NCBI RefSeq assembly: GCF_963975415.1
Contig: NZ_CAXBGN010000011.1
Location: 67,410-131,409, forward strand
Direction of reading: 5' to 3'
Length of the DNA: 64,000 nt
From: an uncultured Kriegella sp.
Lineage (GTDB): Bacteria > Bacteroidota > Bacteroidia > Flavobacteriales > Flavobacteriaceae
Part shown: piece after piece, positions 11,290-22,230 of the stretch
How the letters are laid out: every line of letters starts with the position of its first letter
Numbering within the stretch: position 1 is the first letter of the stretch
Translations under genes and position numbers: made by a program
Notes under the pieces: generated by a model
Database searches by the model: none
Seen by the model: the letters and a program-made list of their open reading frames with translations, nothing else
What the model was told of the DNA's origin: nothing

Positions 11290-11999
11290 AATGTCATTAA
11301 AAAAGAATAGCACTTTACGAAAACAATTGTTCTTTCAAGCTTTGAAACCAATCAAAATGTTTTTGAAAAACAACCCGAACATTAAGCCGTTCGTTTAGAT
11401 TCATTTACGGCAAAATCGATCTAAAGTATCAATATAATTAGAAAAAATAGTATACTTGTTCAAATGCATCATAATTACTAGCATGGGCAACATGAATGCT
11501 ACTTTCTTATGGCAGAATCATACATTTTAGAATACTACTTCCCGTTTTCAACGGCAAAAATGTTTAATTACCGCAAAACATATCTTAAAGAATATCTGCT
11601 GTAGTTTCATCACCCTACATAAGATTATCCACTAAAAAATGAACATACCCAATGAAACGGAATTTTAATATAATACCAAGAGAGATAAGAGGAAAGGAAG
11701 ATTATGATTATTACTTGGGGAATTCAAAAGAATATGAAATACGGTAACCATATACGAAAATACAATGGCTTTTGACAAAAAAAATTGAAGAAAGTAAAAT
11801 GGTAGCGCGATGCCACTTATTTACTTTATTTTCTAACCTTTTTTAATAAAAGCTTCTAAAACGAAGAAAAAGATGCAAAATCTATAAGGCCATAAATCGT
11901 TAAAATTCCCTTTGTACCTGATATCGGGCATCATAGGAACCAACAACTATTAATTTTCCCAGTGCTTCAAAGAGAAACAATTCAAGACGAAAACTTAGG

Positions 12000-13142
12000 T
12001 TATTTGTAACTGTAGGCTATCTGAGCTAGCTGACCAACAATTTTAACGGAATCTTTCATAGATAATTTAGAGCCATCAGCATGTATCCATCTTTTTAAGG
12101 GTTGCTCACAAATTAATTTTTTGGTCTGCTCTTTCCCATAAAATTTTCGCATCCTCATAAAAATTTCGACATCGAATAGCCATTTTGTGATGAACTTTTC
12201 ATTGAACATATTCATAGCAATTTCCCTATCCATAATTTTAGCACCACACTGTGTGTCCTTAAATGGCATGCCTAATATGGTCTGAATAATTAAGTTAATG
12301 GTCATACTTATGATTTTTCGTGCCGATTCTTTGGTAATATTGGCTCCCATTCTACTAATTCTAGAACCGCTTACAATTTTAAAATCAGAGTTTTCAATGG
12401 TCTTAACCAAATCATCAAAATCTCTAAAATCCGTAGACAGATCAGCATCTAAAAATCCAATGTAGTCAAATTGTTCGTCTTTGACCAAATGCAATACGCC
12501 TTGGCGTACGGCTTCAGCCTTACCCCCATTTATCTCACAATTATAAACACTTATATTATTGGGGTTCGCATTTTGTAATTCTTCCAAAACTGCCAAGGTA
12601 TTATCTGTACTTCCATCATTCACCAAACACAAATGGTAACCTAGGTTTTTATGGGCGAACTGCTTAAACTCGGCACTCAGCAATCTATCCTCTTCATTAT
12701 AACAGGGAATAACCACGCCGACCACGTTCTTCTGCAGCATACGTGCTTCATTTCTTTCCTCGGTTGTATTGACTGTCGTTGCCGGCACACCAATAATACG
12801 CTTAATTCTTGCAGCCATCTCTTCAAGACTCACAGGCTTTTTCATGTAGTCATCTATTCCTAAAGTGAAACCATCCATGATAACCTGTTCATTGGTATTC
12901 CCTGACATTACCAATACTGGTGTTTTGGATTTCTTTGTTAGGCGAATAAATTCTACAACCTTTAAACCAGACATATCTGGCATGTTAATATCGACCAAGA
13001 CCAAATCTGGTTCAAAGGTTTCATAAAGCGACATACCGGTTTCTCCTGAATTAGCGGTCATTACCTCATAACCTAGTTCCGACAGTTTTTTTTCGACCGA
13101 TAGCAGTATTAATTTTTGATCATCAATGGCCAATATCTTCAT
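12000..13142 (-). CDS. Response-regulator receiver domain fused to a GT2 glycosyltransferase (Dpm1/GtrB/CsbB-like polyprenyl-phosphate glycosyltransferase)
   Basis: The N-terminal REC has all key residues: DD at 8-9, the acceptor Asp in LVLVDINMP, S in VMSG and K in YMKKP. The C-terminal GT2 has VIPCYNEE, VNDGSTDNT and DAD in GFLDADLS. Confidence 0.85.
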   Translation of the reverse strand: MKILAIDDQKLILLSVEKKLSELGYEVMTANSGETGMSLYETFEPDLVLVDINMPDMSGLKVVEFIRLTKKSKTPVLVMSGNTNEQVIMDGFTLGIDDYMKKPVSLEEMAARIKRIIGVPATTVNTTEERNEARMLQKNVVGVVIPCYNEEDRLLSAEFKQFAHKNLGYHLCLVNDGSTDNTLAVLEELQNANPNNISVYNCEINGGKAEAVRQGVLHLVKDEQFDYIGFLDADLSTDFRDFDDLVKTIENSDFKIVSGSRISRMGANITKESARKIISMTINLIIQTILGMPFKDTQCGAKIMDREIAMNMFNEKFITKWLFDVEIFMRMRKFYGKEQTKKLICEQPLKRWIHADGSKLSMKDSVKIVGQLAQIAYSYK

Positions 13143-13398
13143 AGTTTTTAATTTGGTTAAGAATTTAAAGGATAAGGTTTTGGGACGTATCTTTTATTCC
13201 TAAGATTTCTAATTAATACAAGTTATTTTAAAGTTTGTGCTTTTTTTGTCGAGACAACCCCGATATACCATTTTTTTAAGTTGGACCAACATAAAATAAT
13301 TTCGTAGTCGTTTTCTTTCAAATAACGTTCATTTTGCCTCTCCTATTGTACTATTGTAAATTATTATTCGTTTCTAAGAGTAACGATTTTAATTCTAA

Positions 13399-16300
13399 AT
13401 GACCAAAAAGAGTACCAACCCTATTTTAGTGGTGGCCCTATTCATAGCCATAGCATTCCATGGTTCCAGTATTTTCTTTACCTTGGAGACTACCTATGAT
13501 GCCTTAATTCACCTTTTCTTTGCCGACCATTATGCCAATAGTTGGTTCGAACCTTGGGATTATCGATGGTATACCGGATTTACCGTTCAGGCATATCCGC
13601 CATTGGTACATCAATCGATTGCCATATTATCTTACATAGGAGGCTTAAAATTTGGAATGTTCTCAGTGGCAATGATCGGTATTGTTCTTTTCGTCACAGG
13701 TGCATACAGGTTCGGGCTTTTAATGACGGGAGACCGGAAAGTTGCAGGATACACCGCCCTACTTGCTGTATTTTCATCAACTTTTGTCGAAACACTTCAC
13801 ATTTTCGGCCAACTTCCCAGTATTGTCGGACTCTCTATTCTTTTACATTCCTTACCCGAAATATACCAATGGATAAAAACGGGAAAGCTCCGCTACTTTT
13901 TCACCTGCCTTTCGCTTATTGCCGTAACGGTAACCTCACACCATGTAACGCCCATTTTTGGTATGGTTTTTTTCATTTTTCCTTTGATAGGAATGGTGGT
14001 CATGGATGAGGCTTTTGATCAAGCCGGAAGTACGAAGAAGATCAGTTTTCGAATTTTTTGGAAAGCCTTTTTAAAACTTTTCTGGCGTATTGTGAAATTT
14101 GGAGGTGCTTCCCTAGTTTTAATTGTCTTTTGCATTTTGCCCTATTGGATCAATTCTAAAAAAAATCCGATTACCCAAGTCCCCATACCACACGGTTCTA
14201 GGGATAATTTCTTGGAAGTTACTTCGTCTGGTTTGGTATTTTTCGTAATCCCCTGGGGGGTGCTGCTTTTTATTCTACCCTATATTTTTTATCGATTTTA
14301 CAGCAAACGCTATTTATTCTTCGGGCTCTCTTTTACCATGCTGACCATTCTTGGCACCGGAGGAACAACACCCATTCCACTAAAATTATTAGGGGAAACG
14401 GCTTTTAATATTCTCACTTTAGATCGTTTTACGTTATGGGCAACGATTATAGCCTTGCCTATGTTTGGGGAATTTGCATATCGTATGGTAGAGGGTGATT
14501 TAAAAGAACACATGCAAAGGCGATTTGGCCCTGTCTATCATAGACTTGCCGGGGGGTTATTGGCCGGCGGTATCATTGTCATGGTCATTTTCACCATGAG
14601 TTTGGGGTATTTTAGACCCTCACAACCCCAAAAAATAAAAATGTTGCCCATTGTCAATTTCCTCAACCAAGATCAACACGATCAATGGCGCTATCTTCCA
14701 TTAGGCTTCGGGGATCAAATGGCCTGGCTATCGGCACAGACCAAGGCAATGACCGTTGATGGCAATTACCATTCCGCAAGGCGTTTGCCCGAATTGACAA
14801 CAAGGGCCATTGAGCGCTTAGAAAACTCCAAATTTAGAGGTGTCGAGGGCATCGGTTCATTGCAACAGTTCTTAACGGTACCCGAGAAATATAACCTAAA
14901 ATATATTTTCGCCAACGACAAATTCTATGACCCCCTACTCTATTTCTGCGGCTGGCAACGATTGCAGCAATTGGAAAACGGCATTATGGTCTGGGAAAAA
15001 CTAAATGTGCCCCCCCTCCCTAAAGTACTGGCAAAAGAAGATGTATCGGTCTTCTTAAAAATAATTTGGGGCCTTATTCCTATCTCGACGGTAATCATCG
15101 CGTTTATACTCAATATTCAATCAATCTGGTTCCGAGCCTTAAAATCACATAAATCACAGCCTTCCGACTATTTAAAGTATATCAAGATACATCGAAAGTT
15201 TTCAAACAATCTCATTACTTTCAATCTGCTCTGGGCCGGTTTTCTACTTTTAGTTCTCGGCTATGGCACCTATCATTTCTATTTAGACGAATCGGCACAA
15301 ATTAGTCCGGAAAACGTTGTAAGGTCTTACTATGATGCCTTGGATTTTAAGGAATTTGAAAGAGCATATTCTTATCTCGACCCTGAGGGGAATAAATCAC
15401 TTTCCCAATTTATGCTAGAGGTTTCGGTAACCGATGGAATTCTTAGTTCTTATGCCAAGTTAGATGCCATTGGGGTCGCCGTATCTGAGGAAACACCAAA
15501 TAGCGCATTGGCAAATGTTGGAATGCAATGGATTACTCCTTTAGAAAAAATAGCAAAACAAGAACGTCTTGAATTGGTAAAAAGAAAGGGGAAATGGTAC
15601 GTACGACCCAAAAGTATCGATACCGACATTCCTCCAGACCAACTATTCGAGAGCAACGAAACAAAATTCTATAATCATGGAAGACGTAAAATCACGACCC
15701 AACAGACCCATCATGAAGATGTATTGAAACAACCTGTGTTAGAAGTGCTGTCTGCCAAATTGGTCGAAATAGAATCCGAATACGCTATTGTTGGTGAAAT
15801 ACAGAACGTAGATGATGTTCCCGCAGATGTGGTGATTTCCGCCACCCTATACAATAATGAAAATGTCGAACTTGCTAAATTCAATGCCAAATATCATCTC
15901 AAGCATAAATTAATGCCTAAGGAAACCACTGCCTTCAAAATCTTGTTCGAAGGTATTGCATGGACAAATCCTGATGAACACATTCCTGAAACCTTTAATC
16001 CCAATGAATTCACAAAACTCGATTTAAAAGAAATACCTACCAAATTTAATTTACAATGTGCCGGCAATGTCGCCACGACCGACCTTTATAAGTCCATTAC
16101 CCTGCAAAAACTTCAAACCACAGAGAATATGCTTGAAGGGGAATTGTTCAATAGCGGTATACAAGAGGTTACTATTCCACAATTATTGATTTCATATTAC
16201 GATTCAGATAAAACTTTGGTTTGGGTAGATAGTAAATTTATGAGAGAAGGTGTACGAGTACAGCGTAAACAAAATTTTGAATATGAATTATTAGACATCC

Positions 16301-16491
16301 CGAACCTCAGTATCATAAGTAGCAGTTTAGAGAACTGTTTTGTTAATGGTTCACCTAATGCCACAATCGCGGAAAAGATTTTTCCCAATAGAAATCTTGA
16401 ACATAATCAAGAGTTATTACAACCACTGAAAGGCAACGGATATGATTTTATAAAAATTGAGTTGAATAGTTATATCGGAAATCCTAAGTAA
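13399..16491 (+). CDS. Large polytopic membrane protein. N-terminal half is GT-C-like (putative lipid-linked-sugar-dependent glycosyltransferase); the roughly 450-aa C-terminal half is extracytoplasmic.
   Basis: 1030 aa with about 13 hydrophobic segments in the first 600 aa and acidic residues in the first loop (ETTYDA, EPWD). The C-terminus shows an NTF2-like block (VVRSYYDALDFKEFERAYSYLD) and two beta-sandwich-like repeats. The coding call is firm; the function is inference. Confidence 0.5.
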   Translation: MTKKSTNPILVVALFIAIAFHGSSIFFTLETTYDALIHLFFADHYANSWFEPWDYRWYTGFTVQAYPPLVHQSIAILSYIGGLKFGMFSVAMIGIVLFVTGAYRFGLLMTGDRKVAGYTALLAVFSSTFVETLHIFGQLPSIVGLSILLHSLPEIYQWIKTGKLRYFFTCLSLIAVTVTSHHVTPIFGMVFFIFPLIGMVVMDEAFDQAGSTKKISFRIFWKAFLKLFWRIVKFGGASLVLIVFCILPYWINSKKNPITQVPIPHGSRDNFLEVTSSGLVFFVIPWGVLLFILPYIFYRFYSKRYLFFGLSFTMLTILGTGGTTPIPLKLLGETAFNILTLDRFTLWATIIALPMFGEFAYRMVEGDLKEHMQRRFGPVYHRLAGGLLAGGIIVMVIFTMSLGYFRPSQPQKIKMLPIVNFLNQDQHDQWRYLPLGFGDQMAWLSAQTKAMTVDGNYHSARRLPELTTRAIERLENSKFRGVEGIGSLQQFLTVPEKYNLKYIFANDKFYDPLLYFCGWQRLQQLENGIMVWEKLNVPPLPKVLAKEDVSVFLKIIWGLIPISTVIIAFILNIQSIWFRALKSHKSQPSDYLKYIKIHRKFSNNLITFNLLWAGFLLLVLGYGTYHFYLDESAQISPENVVRSYYDALDFKEFERAYSYLDPEGNKSLSQFMLEVSVTDGILSSYAKLDAIGVAVSEETPNSALANVGMQWITPLEKIAKQERLELVKRKGKWYVRPKSIDTDIPPDQLFESNETKFYNHGRRKITTQQTHHEDVLKQPVLEVLSAKLVEIESEYAIVGEIQNVDDVPADVVISATLYNNENVELAKFNAKYHLKHKLMPKETTAFKILFEGIAWTNPDEHIPETFNPNEFTKLDLKEIPTKFNLQCAGNVATTDLYKSITLQKLQTTENMLEGELFNSGIQEVTIPQLLISYYDSDKTLVWVDSKFMREGVRVQRKQNFEYELLDIPNLSIISSSLENCFVNGSPNATIAEKIFPNRNLEHNQELLQPLKGNGYDFIKIELNSYIGNPK

Positions 16492-17720
16492 TGAAAATCT
16501 TCATCGCCATCATAACTTTAATACTCATTGTCTCGTGCCGAACCGAGGTATTGGAGAACAAGACCCCCAATATAAAAGTGTCTCTGAATGCTTCCAATGA
16601 ACAACAGACCGTAAGTAGTGAATTATGTCTTAACTTTGAAATACAAGGTGAAAAAGTACCACAATTATATTTGACCAATGCCATTGGATCAACGATTATT
16701 ACAGGTACAAGAAAGAATAGCCATATCAGGTATTGCTTTCCAAAAAGTTATACCCGTCATGCCGGATTACTTAAATGGAAGATGGTCTCGAATGGAGAAA
16801 TCATCGAAAATGGCGAAGTCAACATGCGACCAGATTCGACCTTTGTTTTTATGGAATCTTATTTTGGTCCTAGGCAAATAACTGCTGGTGACATCGATTT
16901 TTCGATGTTAACGAACATACCTACCGATCAATTTGACAACCTATTACCAGACGGTACAACTGTTACCATAAAACGTCAATTTGAAAATCAAATGGATGAA
17001 TACGCTATTGAAACATCTGGGGGTATTGCATGGAAAAATATAGGAGCAACAAAAAAGGCAGGTCGTATGCTGGTAAGTTCCGCCTGTCTAGGCACCTACT
17101 CAAAACAACTTACGACTATGGTCTATTCGGCAATACCCGCTGATTTTACAATTCACTATGAACGTGATCATTCGTTTGCTGACGGCAACCAGATTTTAAC
17201 ATTGAAAACTTCGAAAATAGTCGATGACTATAACAATATTGTGAGCGATGGTACATATGTGAATTTTATTGTCGAAGATGCTTCGGGTACTTTATTACGT
17301 ACATCGGGCAACACACAAAATGGCATGGCCATAGCAAAGATACTTCACCCTGAAAGGCCCACAAAATGGAATATAAAGGCCTATGTCACTGGAGCCGCAA
17401 CCAGTAATCGGCTGGCTGTAAGCTTTGACCAATCGGTCAAAGATTTTGAAGTCAGCTTTGATGAAAATGAACGAGAAGTTGTCATTGGCCCTTTATATGG
17501 ATTTATCAATCAAAAAGTTCCCGATGGCATTAGCATAACTATTGAACTTAAATCAGAAGAGCATTTAATTTTAGAAAAGACCAAGCTTTTCACTAAAAAT
17601 GGAATGACGTCATTAAAGCTTCCCGCAGAGTTTTATCCTCCAGGAACCTATGCGATTACGATAAATTCCATGGGTATTAAAAAAGAACTAACCATTAAAC
17701 TCTATGGCGACAAAAAATAG
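16491..17720 (+). CDS. Hypothetical lipoprotein
   Basis: 409 aa with signal peptide plus lipobox (LILIVSC). Its start overlaps the upstream stop (TAATG), suggesting translational coupling. Confidence 0.6.
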   Translation: MKIFIAIITLILIVSCRTEVLENKTPNIKVSLNASNEQQTVSSELCLNFEIQGEKVPQLYLTNAIGSTIITGTRKNSHIRYCFPKSYTRHAGLLKWKMVSNGEIIENGEVNMRPDSTFVFMESYFGPRQITAGDIDFSMLTNIPTDQFDNLLPDGTTVTIKRQFENQMDEYAIETSGGIAWKNIGATKKAGRMLVSSACLGTYSKQLTTMVYSAIPADFTIHYERDHSFADGNQILTLKTSKIVDDYNNIVSDGTYVNFIVEDASGTLLRTSGNTQNGMAIAKILHPERPTKWNIKAYVTGAATSNRLAVSFDQSVKDFEVSFDENEREVVIGPLYGFINQKVPDGISITIELKSEEHLILEKTKLFTKNGMTSLKLPAEFYPPGTYAITINSMGIKKELTIKLYGDKK

Positions 17721-19230
17721 AAATGCATATCGGGCGTTTTTGTTGCTTTCCTTTCTCGGGGTCAACATGCTAATTCTATTCGGAATCGGCTCTGCATGGT
17801 CTTATTTAAATACAGGAGCGGATCGTTCTACAATGCTGCACCTCGAAAGTCAATTAAACGAAACTTATCTACCTAAAGTGATATGGTCGGATACGCTAGG
17901 CGAAGGACGTCCATTAGAGAAGCAGACGCTTACAAAAATAGAAAAAGACTATAAACGTGCTTGGTATGTACGCAACCTGGCGTACAGAAATCAAAATGAC
18001 TACGGTCTTGACGATTATTATACAGACAGTGCCTTGATAAAATTTAAAAGGATTTTAGACTTGAACAAAGCCTCTGGCGTCAAAATAAAATCGACAACTA
18101 TTTCACACAACCCAGATTTGGAATTCTACAGTGCCGATGGCCAACTGGTGGTTTTCAAAGACAATAATGTAGCATCATACAGTCAAATCTATCGTAATGA
18201 CAGCCTTTTCCTTGAGCATAAAAGCACTGCAAATTACAGAGTCATCATGCTGCTCGAGGATGGTTTTTGGCGAATACGCCATCTGCAGGAAATTCCATCG
18301 GTATTACAAGACGGTATTGCCGAAAATGACAGCAACAAACTACCGATCGATTTTACCAAAATACGTGGCGTAAACTATTATCCGCAGAAAAACCCATGGG
18401 ATATGTTCGGTGAAAATTTTGATAGCCTGGTGGTTCGTAAAGATTTTGAAAGAATTCGTAAAATGGGTTTGAATATGGTGCGTATTTTCGTACCGTATGA
18501 GAATTTTGGGAAAAATATCATAGACCAGAACAAACTTAAACAATTAAAAAATGTGATGAATATTGCATTGGAAACAGATCTTAAGGTGATGGTCACCTTA
18601 TTCGATTTTTATGGAAATTATGATATTGACGATTGGACGCTAACTCATAGACACGCCGAAATTGTTGTAAATTCTTTGAAGAACCATAAAGCTCTTTTGG
18701 CTTGGGATGTAAAGAACGAGCCGGATCTAGACTTTGATTCAAGAGGGTTTACCACGGTAACCGCTTGGTTAAAAGAAATGATTGCGCAAATCAAGAGTTG
18801 GGACCCCGAACATGATGTCACCATAGGTTGGTCATCAACCGAAGCGGCAACCAATCTTACAGAAGAAGTAGATTTGGTTTCTTTTCATTATTACAAAAAA
18901 CCGGAAGATTTTGTCAAAGCATACCATCAACTACAAGATAAAGTAAACAACAAGCCGTTTATGTTGCAAGAATATGGATTATCTTCCTATAGCGGCGTTT
19001 GGAACGCCTTTAGTGGATCTGAAGAAAAGCAGGCTGCGTATTATAAGCAGATGCAAGAGTATATCTCTCAAGAAAATCTACCTTTCGTATTCTGGACCCT
19101 ATATGATTTCAATGAAGTACCCACTTCGGTAGTAGGCCGATTACCTTGGCGTAAAACACCTCAAAGACATTATGGCTGTATTAATGAGGAAGGAAATCCA
19201 AAGCCTTCTTACCAGTTTCTGAAGCAATAA
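17704..19230 (+). CDS. Membrane-anchored clan GH-A (GH5-like) glycoside hydrolase
   Basis: 508 aa with an N-terminal TM anchor. TIM-barrel signatures are present: acid/base motif WDVKNEPD and a nucleophile-type motif FMLQEYG. It overlaps the upstream gene by 17 nt. Confidence 0.7.
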   Translation: MATKNRNAYRAFLLLSFLGVNMLILFGIGSAWSYLNTGADRSTMLHLESQLNETYLPKVIWSDTLGEGRPLEKQTLTKIEKDYKRAWYVRNLAYRNQNDYGLDDYYTDSALIKFKRILDLNKASGVKIKSTTISHNPDLEFYSADGQLVVFKDNNVASYSQIYRNDSLFLEHKSTANYRVIMLLEDGFWRIRHLQEIPSVLQDGIAENDSNKLPIDFTKIRGVNYYPQKNPWDMFGENFDSLVVRKDFERIRKMGLNMVRIFVPYENFGKNIIDQNKLKQLKNVMNIALETDLKVMVTLFDFYGNYDIDDWTLTHRHAEIVVNSLKNHKALLAWDVKNEPDLDFDSRGFTTVTAWLKEMIAQIKSWDPEHDVTIGWSSTEAATNLTEEVDLVSFHYYKKPEDFVKAYHQLQDKVNNKPFMLQEYGLSSYSGVWNAFSGSEEKQAAYYKQMQEYISQENLPFVFWTLYDFNEVPTSVVGRLPWRKTPQRHYGCINEEGNPKPSYQFLKQ

Positions 19231-19242
19231 CAATTACAAAAA

Positions 19243-19273
19243 AAAGGATGGCCTAAAAAGACCACCCTTTTTA
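19243..19273. terminator. Possible bidirectional terminator between convergent genes
   Basis: Imperfect hairpin AAGGATGG / CCACCCTT (one mismatch), flanked by an A-run upstream and a T-run downstream. Confidence 0.35.
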
Positions 19274-19301
19274 ATAATAGAGCAAAGGAAAGTAATAATT
19301 T

Positions 19302-20540
19302 TTACACGTCTACAACCGAATCTTCAGTCTTTGTATGCGTGATACTTTTTAAATCGAAATTTGAGTTCTTAAGTTGTATGGCTTTAAAACAATCGATGTA
19401 CATTTTCGTTATAGCCGACATGGGTAATGAACAGGCCGCCTTGTAATTAGCCTTCGCCAACTCCGTGCGATACGATTCATTAGTCAATATACTTTGTATC
19501 GCATCTGCCAATGAATCAGCTTTATCGGCTTCAAAAAACTCTCCCCTATACCCTTCGTCTTCTATCAAAGAAGCCAAATCGCCTAAGTTGGGCAGCACCA
19601 CCGCCTTACCATAACTACCGGCTTGGTGCAACACCCCAGAGCTACCTGTAGTCGAGGTATACGGAAAAACTACGACAGCACTTTCACCGAAAATTACAGG
19701 AACATCCTCTTCGGCAACATAACCTGTAAAACGTAACTGCTCTACTCCTGCATATTGCTTGGCTACGTTCTCCAAATAGCCTGGTGTATTTGGGCTATCG
19801 GTACCCGCAATGACAATTTCGATATTTTCATCTGTACGTTTCCGTATTTTTTCTACCGCTTCAATCAATACCTCTACCTTTTTATAAGTACCAAACTTAC
19901 CAAAAGCCATTACCTGTTTCGCGCCTTTGGGCAATTGGTAATTCGGTTCTGGTGGTATCTCAAAAGACCCGTGGGGAATCTGAACCACGTTCTTGGCTTT
20001 GTATTTTTTCTCTAGAATTCCAACATACTTGGTTATGGTTACAGCCACAAGATCTGAAGCCAAAACAAAACGTGTCAAGGTAGATCCGATAAAACCGTAG
20101 ATTTTCTGTAACAATTTATTCTTAGTGAACCCTGCACTTTCCAAGTCAACTGTCTCCAATATATTATGCAACAATGAGATACAAGGAATACCTTTAAGTT
20201 TACATATGAAGGGCATAAGAAGACCCAAGGCAGCCGGCACCTTTTTATCCCCAAATTTTAAGAATTGTAAGTTGAATAAAACAGCATCGGGCTTGGTGCG
20301 GTTCAAGGCTCTATTAATATCCAATATATTTTTGTAGCTATTGAAGCTCCAGCTTTCGGCTACGGTTATTTTACAACCCTCTTCTTCAAAAGAAATGTCT
20401 TTTTCTCCTTCCGTTCGGTCGGTAATCAAAATAATCTCGTCTACATCGGATTGAAGTCTAAAGTGTTTTACGAGATGGTATGCATACTCCGTAAGGGTAA
20501 TTTTACTTGGCGGATATGCCGTTACAATTGCTAATTTCAT
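19302..20540 (-). CDS. GT4-family (GT-B fold) glycosyltransferase
   Basis: 412 aa. The C-terminal half shows the typical GT1/GT4 pattern (FGKFGTYKK..., FTGYV..EDVP, VVVFPY..TTGSSGVLHQA..YGKAVV). Confidence 0.8.
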   Translation of the reverse strand: MKLAIVTAYPPSKITLTEYAYHLVKHFRLQSDVDEIILITDRTEGEKDISFEEEGCKITVAESWSFNSYKNILDINRALNRTKPDAVLFNLQFLKFGDKKVPAALGLLMPFICKLKGIPCISLLHNILETVDLESAGFTKNKLLQKIYGFIGSTLTRFVLASDLVAVTITKYVGILEKKYKAKNVVQIPHGSFEIPPEPNYQLPKGAKQVMAFGKFGTYKKVEVLIEAVEKIRKRTDENIEIVIAGTDSPNTPGYLENVAKQYAGVEQLRFTGYVAEEDVPVIFGESAVVVFPYTSTTGSSGVLHQAGSYGKAVVLPNLGDLASLIEDEGYRGEFFEADKADSLADAIQSILTNESYRTELAKANYKAACSLPMSAITKMYIDCFKAIQLKNSNFDLKSITHTKTEDSVVDV

Positions 20541-20551
20541 TTTTCTTTTTT

Positions 20552-21829
20552 TTATAAGTTTGTTTGATTATCCGTTTGAAGTTCTATATGGTTGGGCCTA
20601 TTGTTCTTATAAATAAAATACCCCAACTGCACAGCCAATAAAATGGCCATTGCCAGAATTTGTACGAGAACTACCTGTTCAAGACTGTCATGATAAATGG
20701 CTATCAAAGCCACTTGGGAAATACCCAAAATTCCTGATAGAATTACTGGACCATAATGGTCTAGGGAAAGATAGTAGTAGGCAAAAATGTTTGAAATGGC
20801 AAAAAGTGAGGTTGCCAAGGCGTATTTCCAAAGTAACCCTGCGATACTTAAATATTCCTCTCCGAACATCAACTGAACGATAAGCTCTGGAAACATCCAA
20901 CACGCAAGTACGATACAGGTTGATAGCAAGCCAATAATAAAAACATACTTAAACAAGACCGGAGCCGTCGACAAACCATCTTTCTTACGTTGCACCACGG
21001 TGGGCAGTAGTATCATAACGAACATCCAGGCAACAAAATATACCACCCTGCCTATCAAGGCAAGTGAGGCATACAAACCAGCAGTGGTCGCATCGAAATA
21101 ATGCTTCACCATTAAAATATCACTGTTGTTAATAATAATCTGGGTGCCTTCATAACATGCCGTAAGAATGATGAACATCGATACATTTTTGGCATTTTCA
21201 GGTGTTAAACGCACTGATTTTTCAAAACTGAAGTTTTTAATATCGGTCGGAATCATGCCAAACAAAAACGATATCAAAATACCAGAAGCGACCAAAGTGG
21301 TCGCATCAAACGGAAGCACCATCACAAAAAACAAAGTAAGCAAGAGCCTACTCCACATTTCGGTTTGGTAACTGGTTGAAAGTTTAATAAACTCCATATT
21401 GCCCTGGTAAATACCCCGGTTTACGCTCATTAAAAAATACAATGGAACCCCTACGGCAAATACAATAAACATTGAAGAAGTTTCCGTTTGAAATAATTGT
21501 TGCAAGTCTTTTGCAAAGAACAGCATCAAAACCATTGCTATTAAACCAATGATGAGCGACCCTTTATATAACTTAAACCGAAACCGAGACCACTGCCCTC
21601 CCTCCAACAACACAGCAAATTTTGCGGAGGCCAGTTGAAAAGTCATACCAACAAAAGACAGCACTAGTAATAAAGTAACGAGCAATGCGGCTTCAGCAAA
21701 AACAGCCGGCCCCAAAATTCTTCCCAGTAAAAGATTATAAATATAATTGCCCCCATTTACCAAGAGCACGCTAAACATGAATATTTGTTCGGGAGAAATT
21801 TTTCGCAATGCCAATCGATATACGGTCAT
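20552..21829 (-). CDS. MOP/PST-superfamily polysaccharide transporter (Wzx/PelG-like)
   Basis: 425 aa with about 12 predicted TM helices. It lies 11 nt upstream of the GT4 gene on the same strand. Confidence 0.6.
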   Translation of the reverse strand: MTVYRLALRKISPEQIFMFSVLLVNGGNYIYNLLLGRILGPAVFAEAALLVTLLLVLSFVGMTFQLASAKFAVLLEGGQWSRFRFKLYKGSLIIGLIAMVLMLFFAKDLQQLFQTETSSMFIVFAVGVPLYFLMSVNRGIYQGNMEFIKLSTSYQTEMWSRLLLTLFFVMVLPFDATTLVASGILISFLFGMIPTDIKNFSFEKSVRLTPENAKNVSMFIILTACYEGTQIIINNSDILMVKHYFDATTAGLYASLALIGRVVYFVAWMFVMILLPTVVQRKKDGLSTAPVLFKYVFIIGLLSTCIVLACWMFPELIVQLMFGEEYLSIAGLLWKYALATSLFAISNIFAYYYLSLDHYGPVILSGILGISQVALIAIYHDSLEQVVLVQILAMAILLAVQLGYFIYKNNRPNHIELQTDNQTNL

Positions 21830-22230
21830 TATTTTGGTTCTTCTTTGGTGGGTTATTGGATGTAGTCTCTCTTTTATTCTATTTTCATATAAAATGACGA
21901 TTGCCCGATGGACCAGATAACAGCCAAATGTGTCATAGTGATTAAATCATAGCTCTTCTAATAAACCAAGGCTAACTTTCAATATAAAATCCATAAGTGT
22001 TTGGTTATAAAGGTTTCTTATCAATTTTATTGTAGGAATAATCTTCTTTTCGATAAACGGCGTTTCATTTTTAACTAAATCCGTATTTGTTCATCCTACC
22101 GATAGCCCTTTCAAAGCAGTTCATATACAATGCTGCTAATTTTATCACTTATTAATTCTTTAACCTTCAAAAAACCACCAATAAATAGTGAATAAGTTCG
22201 TTATCAACTTGTAGTAATAACCTTACCCTC

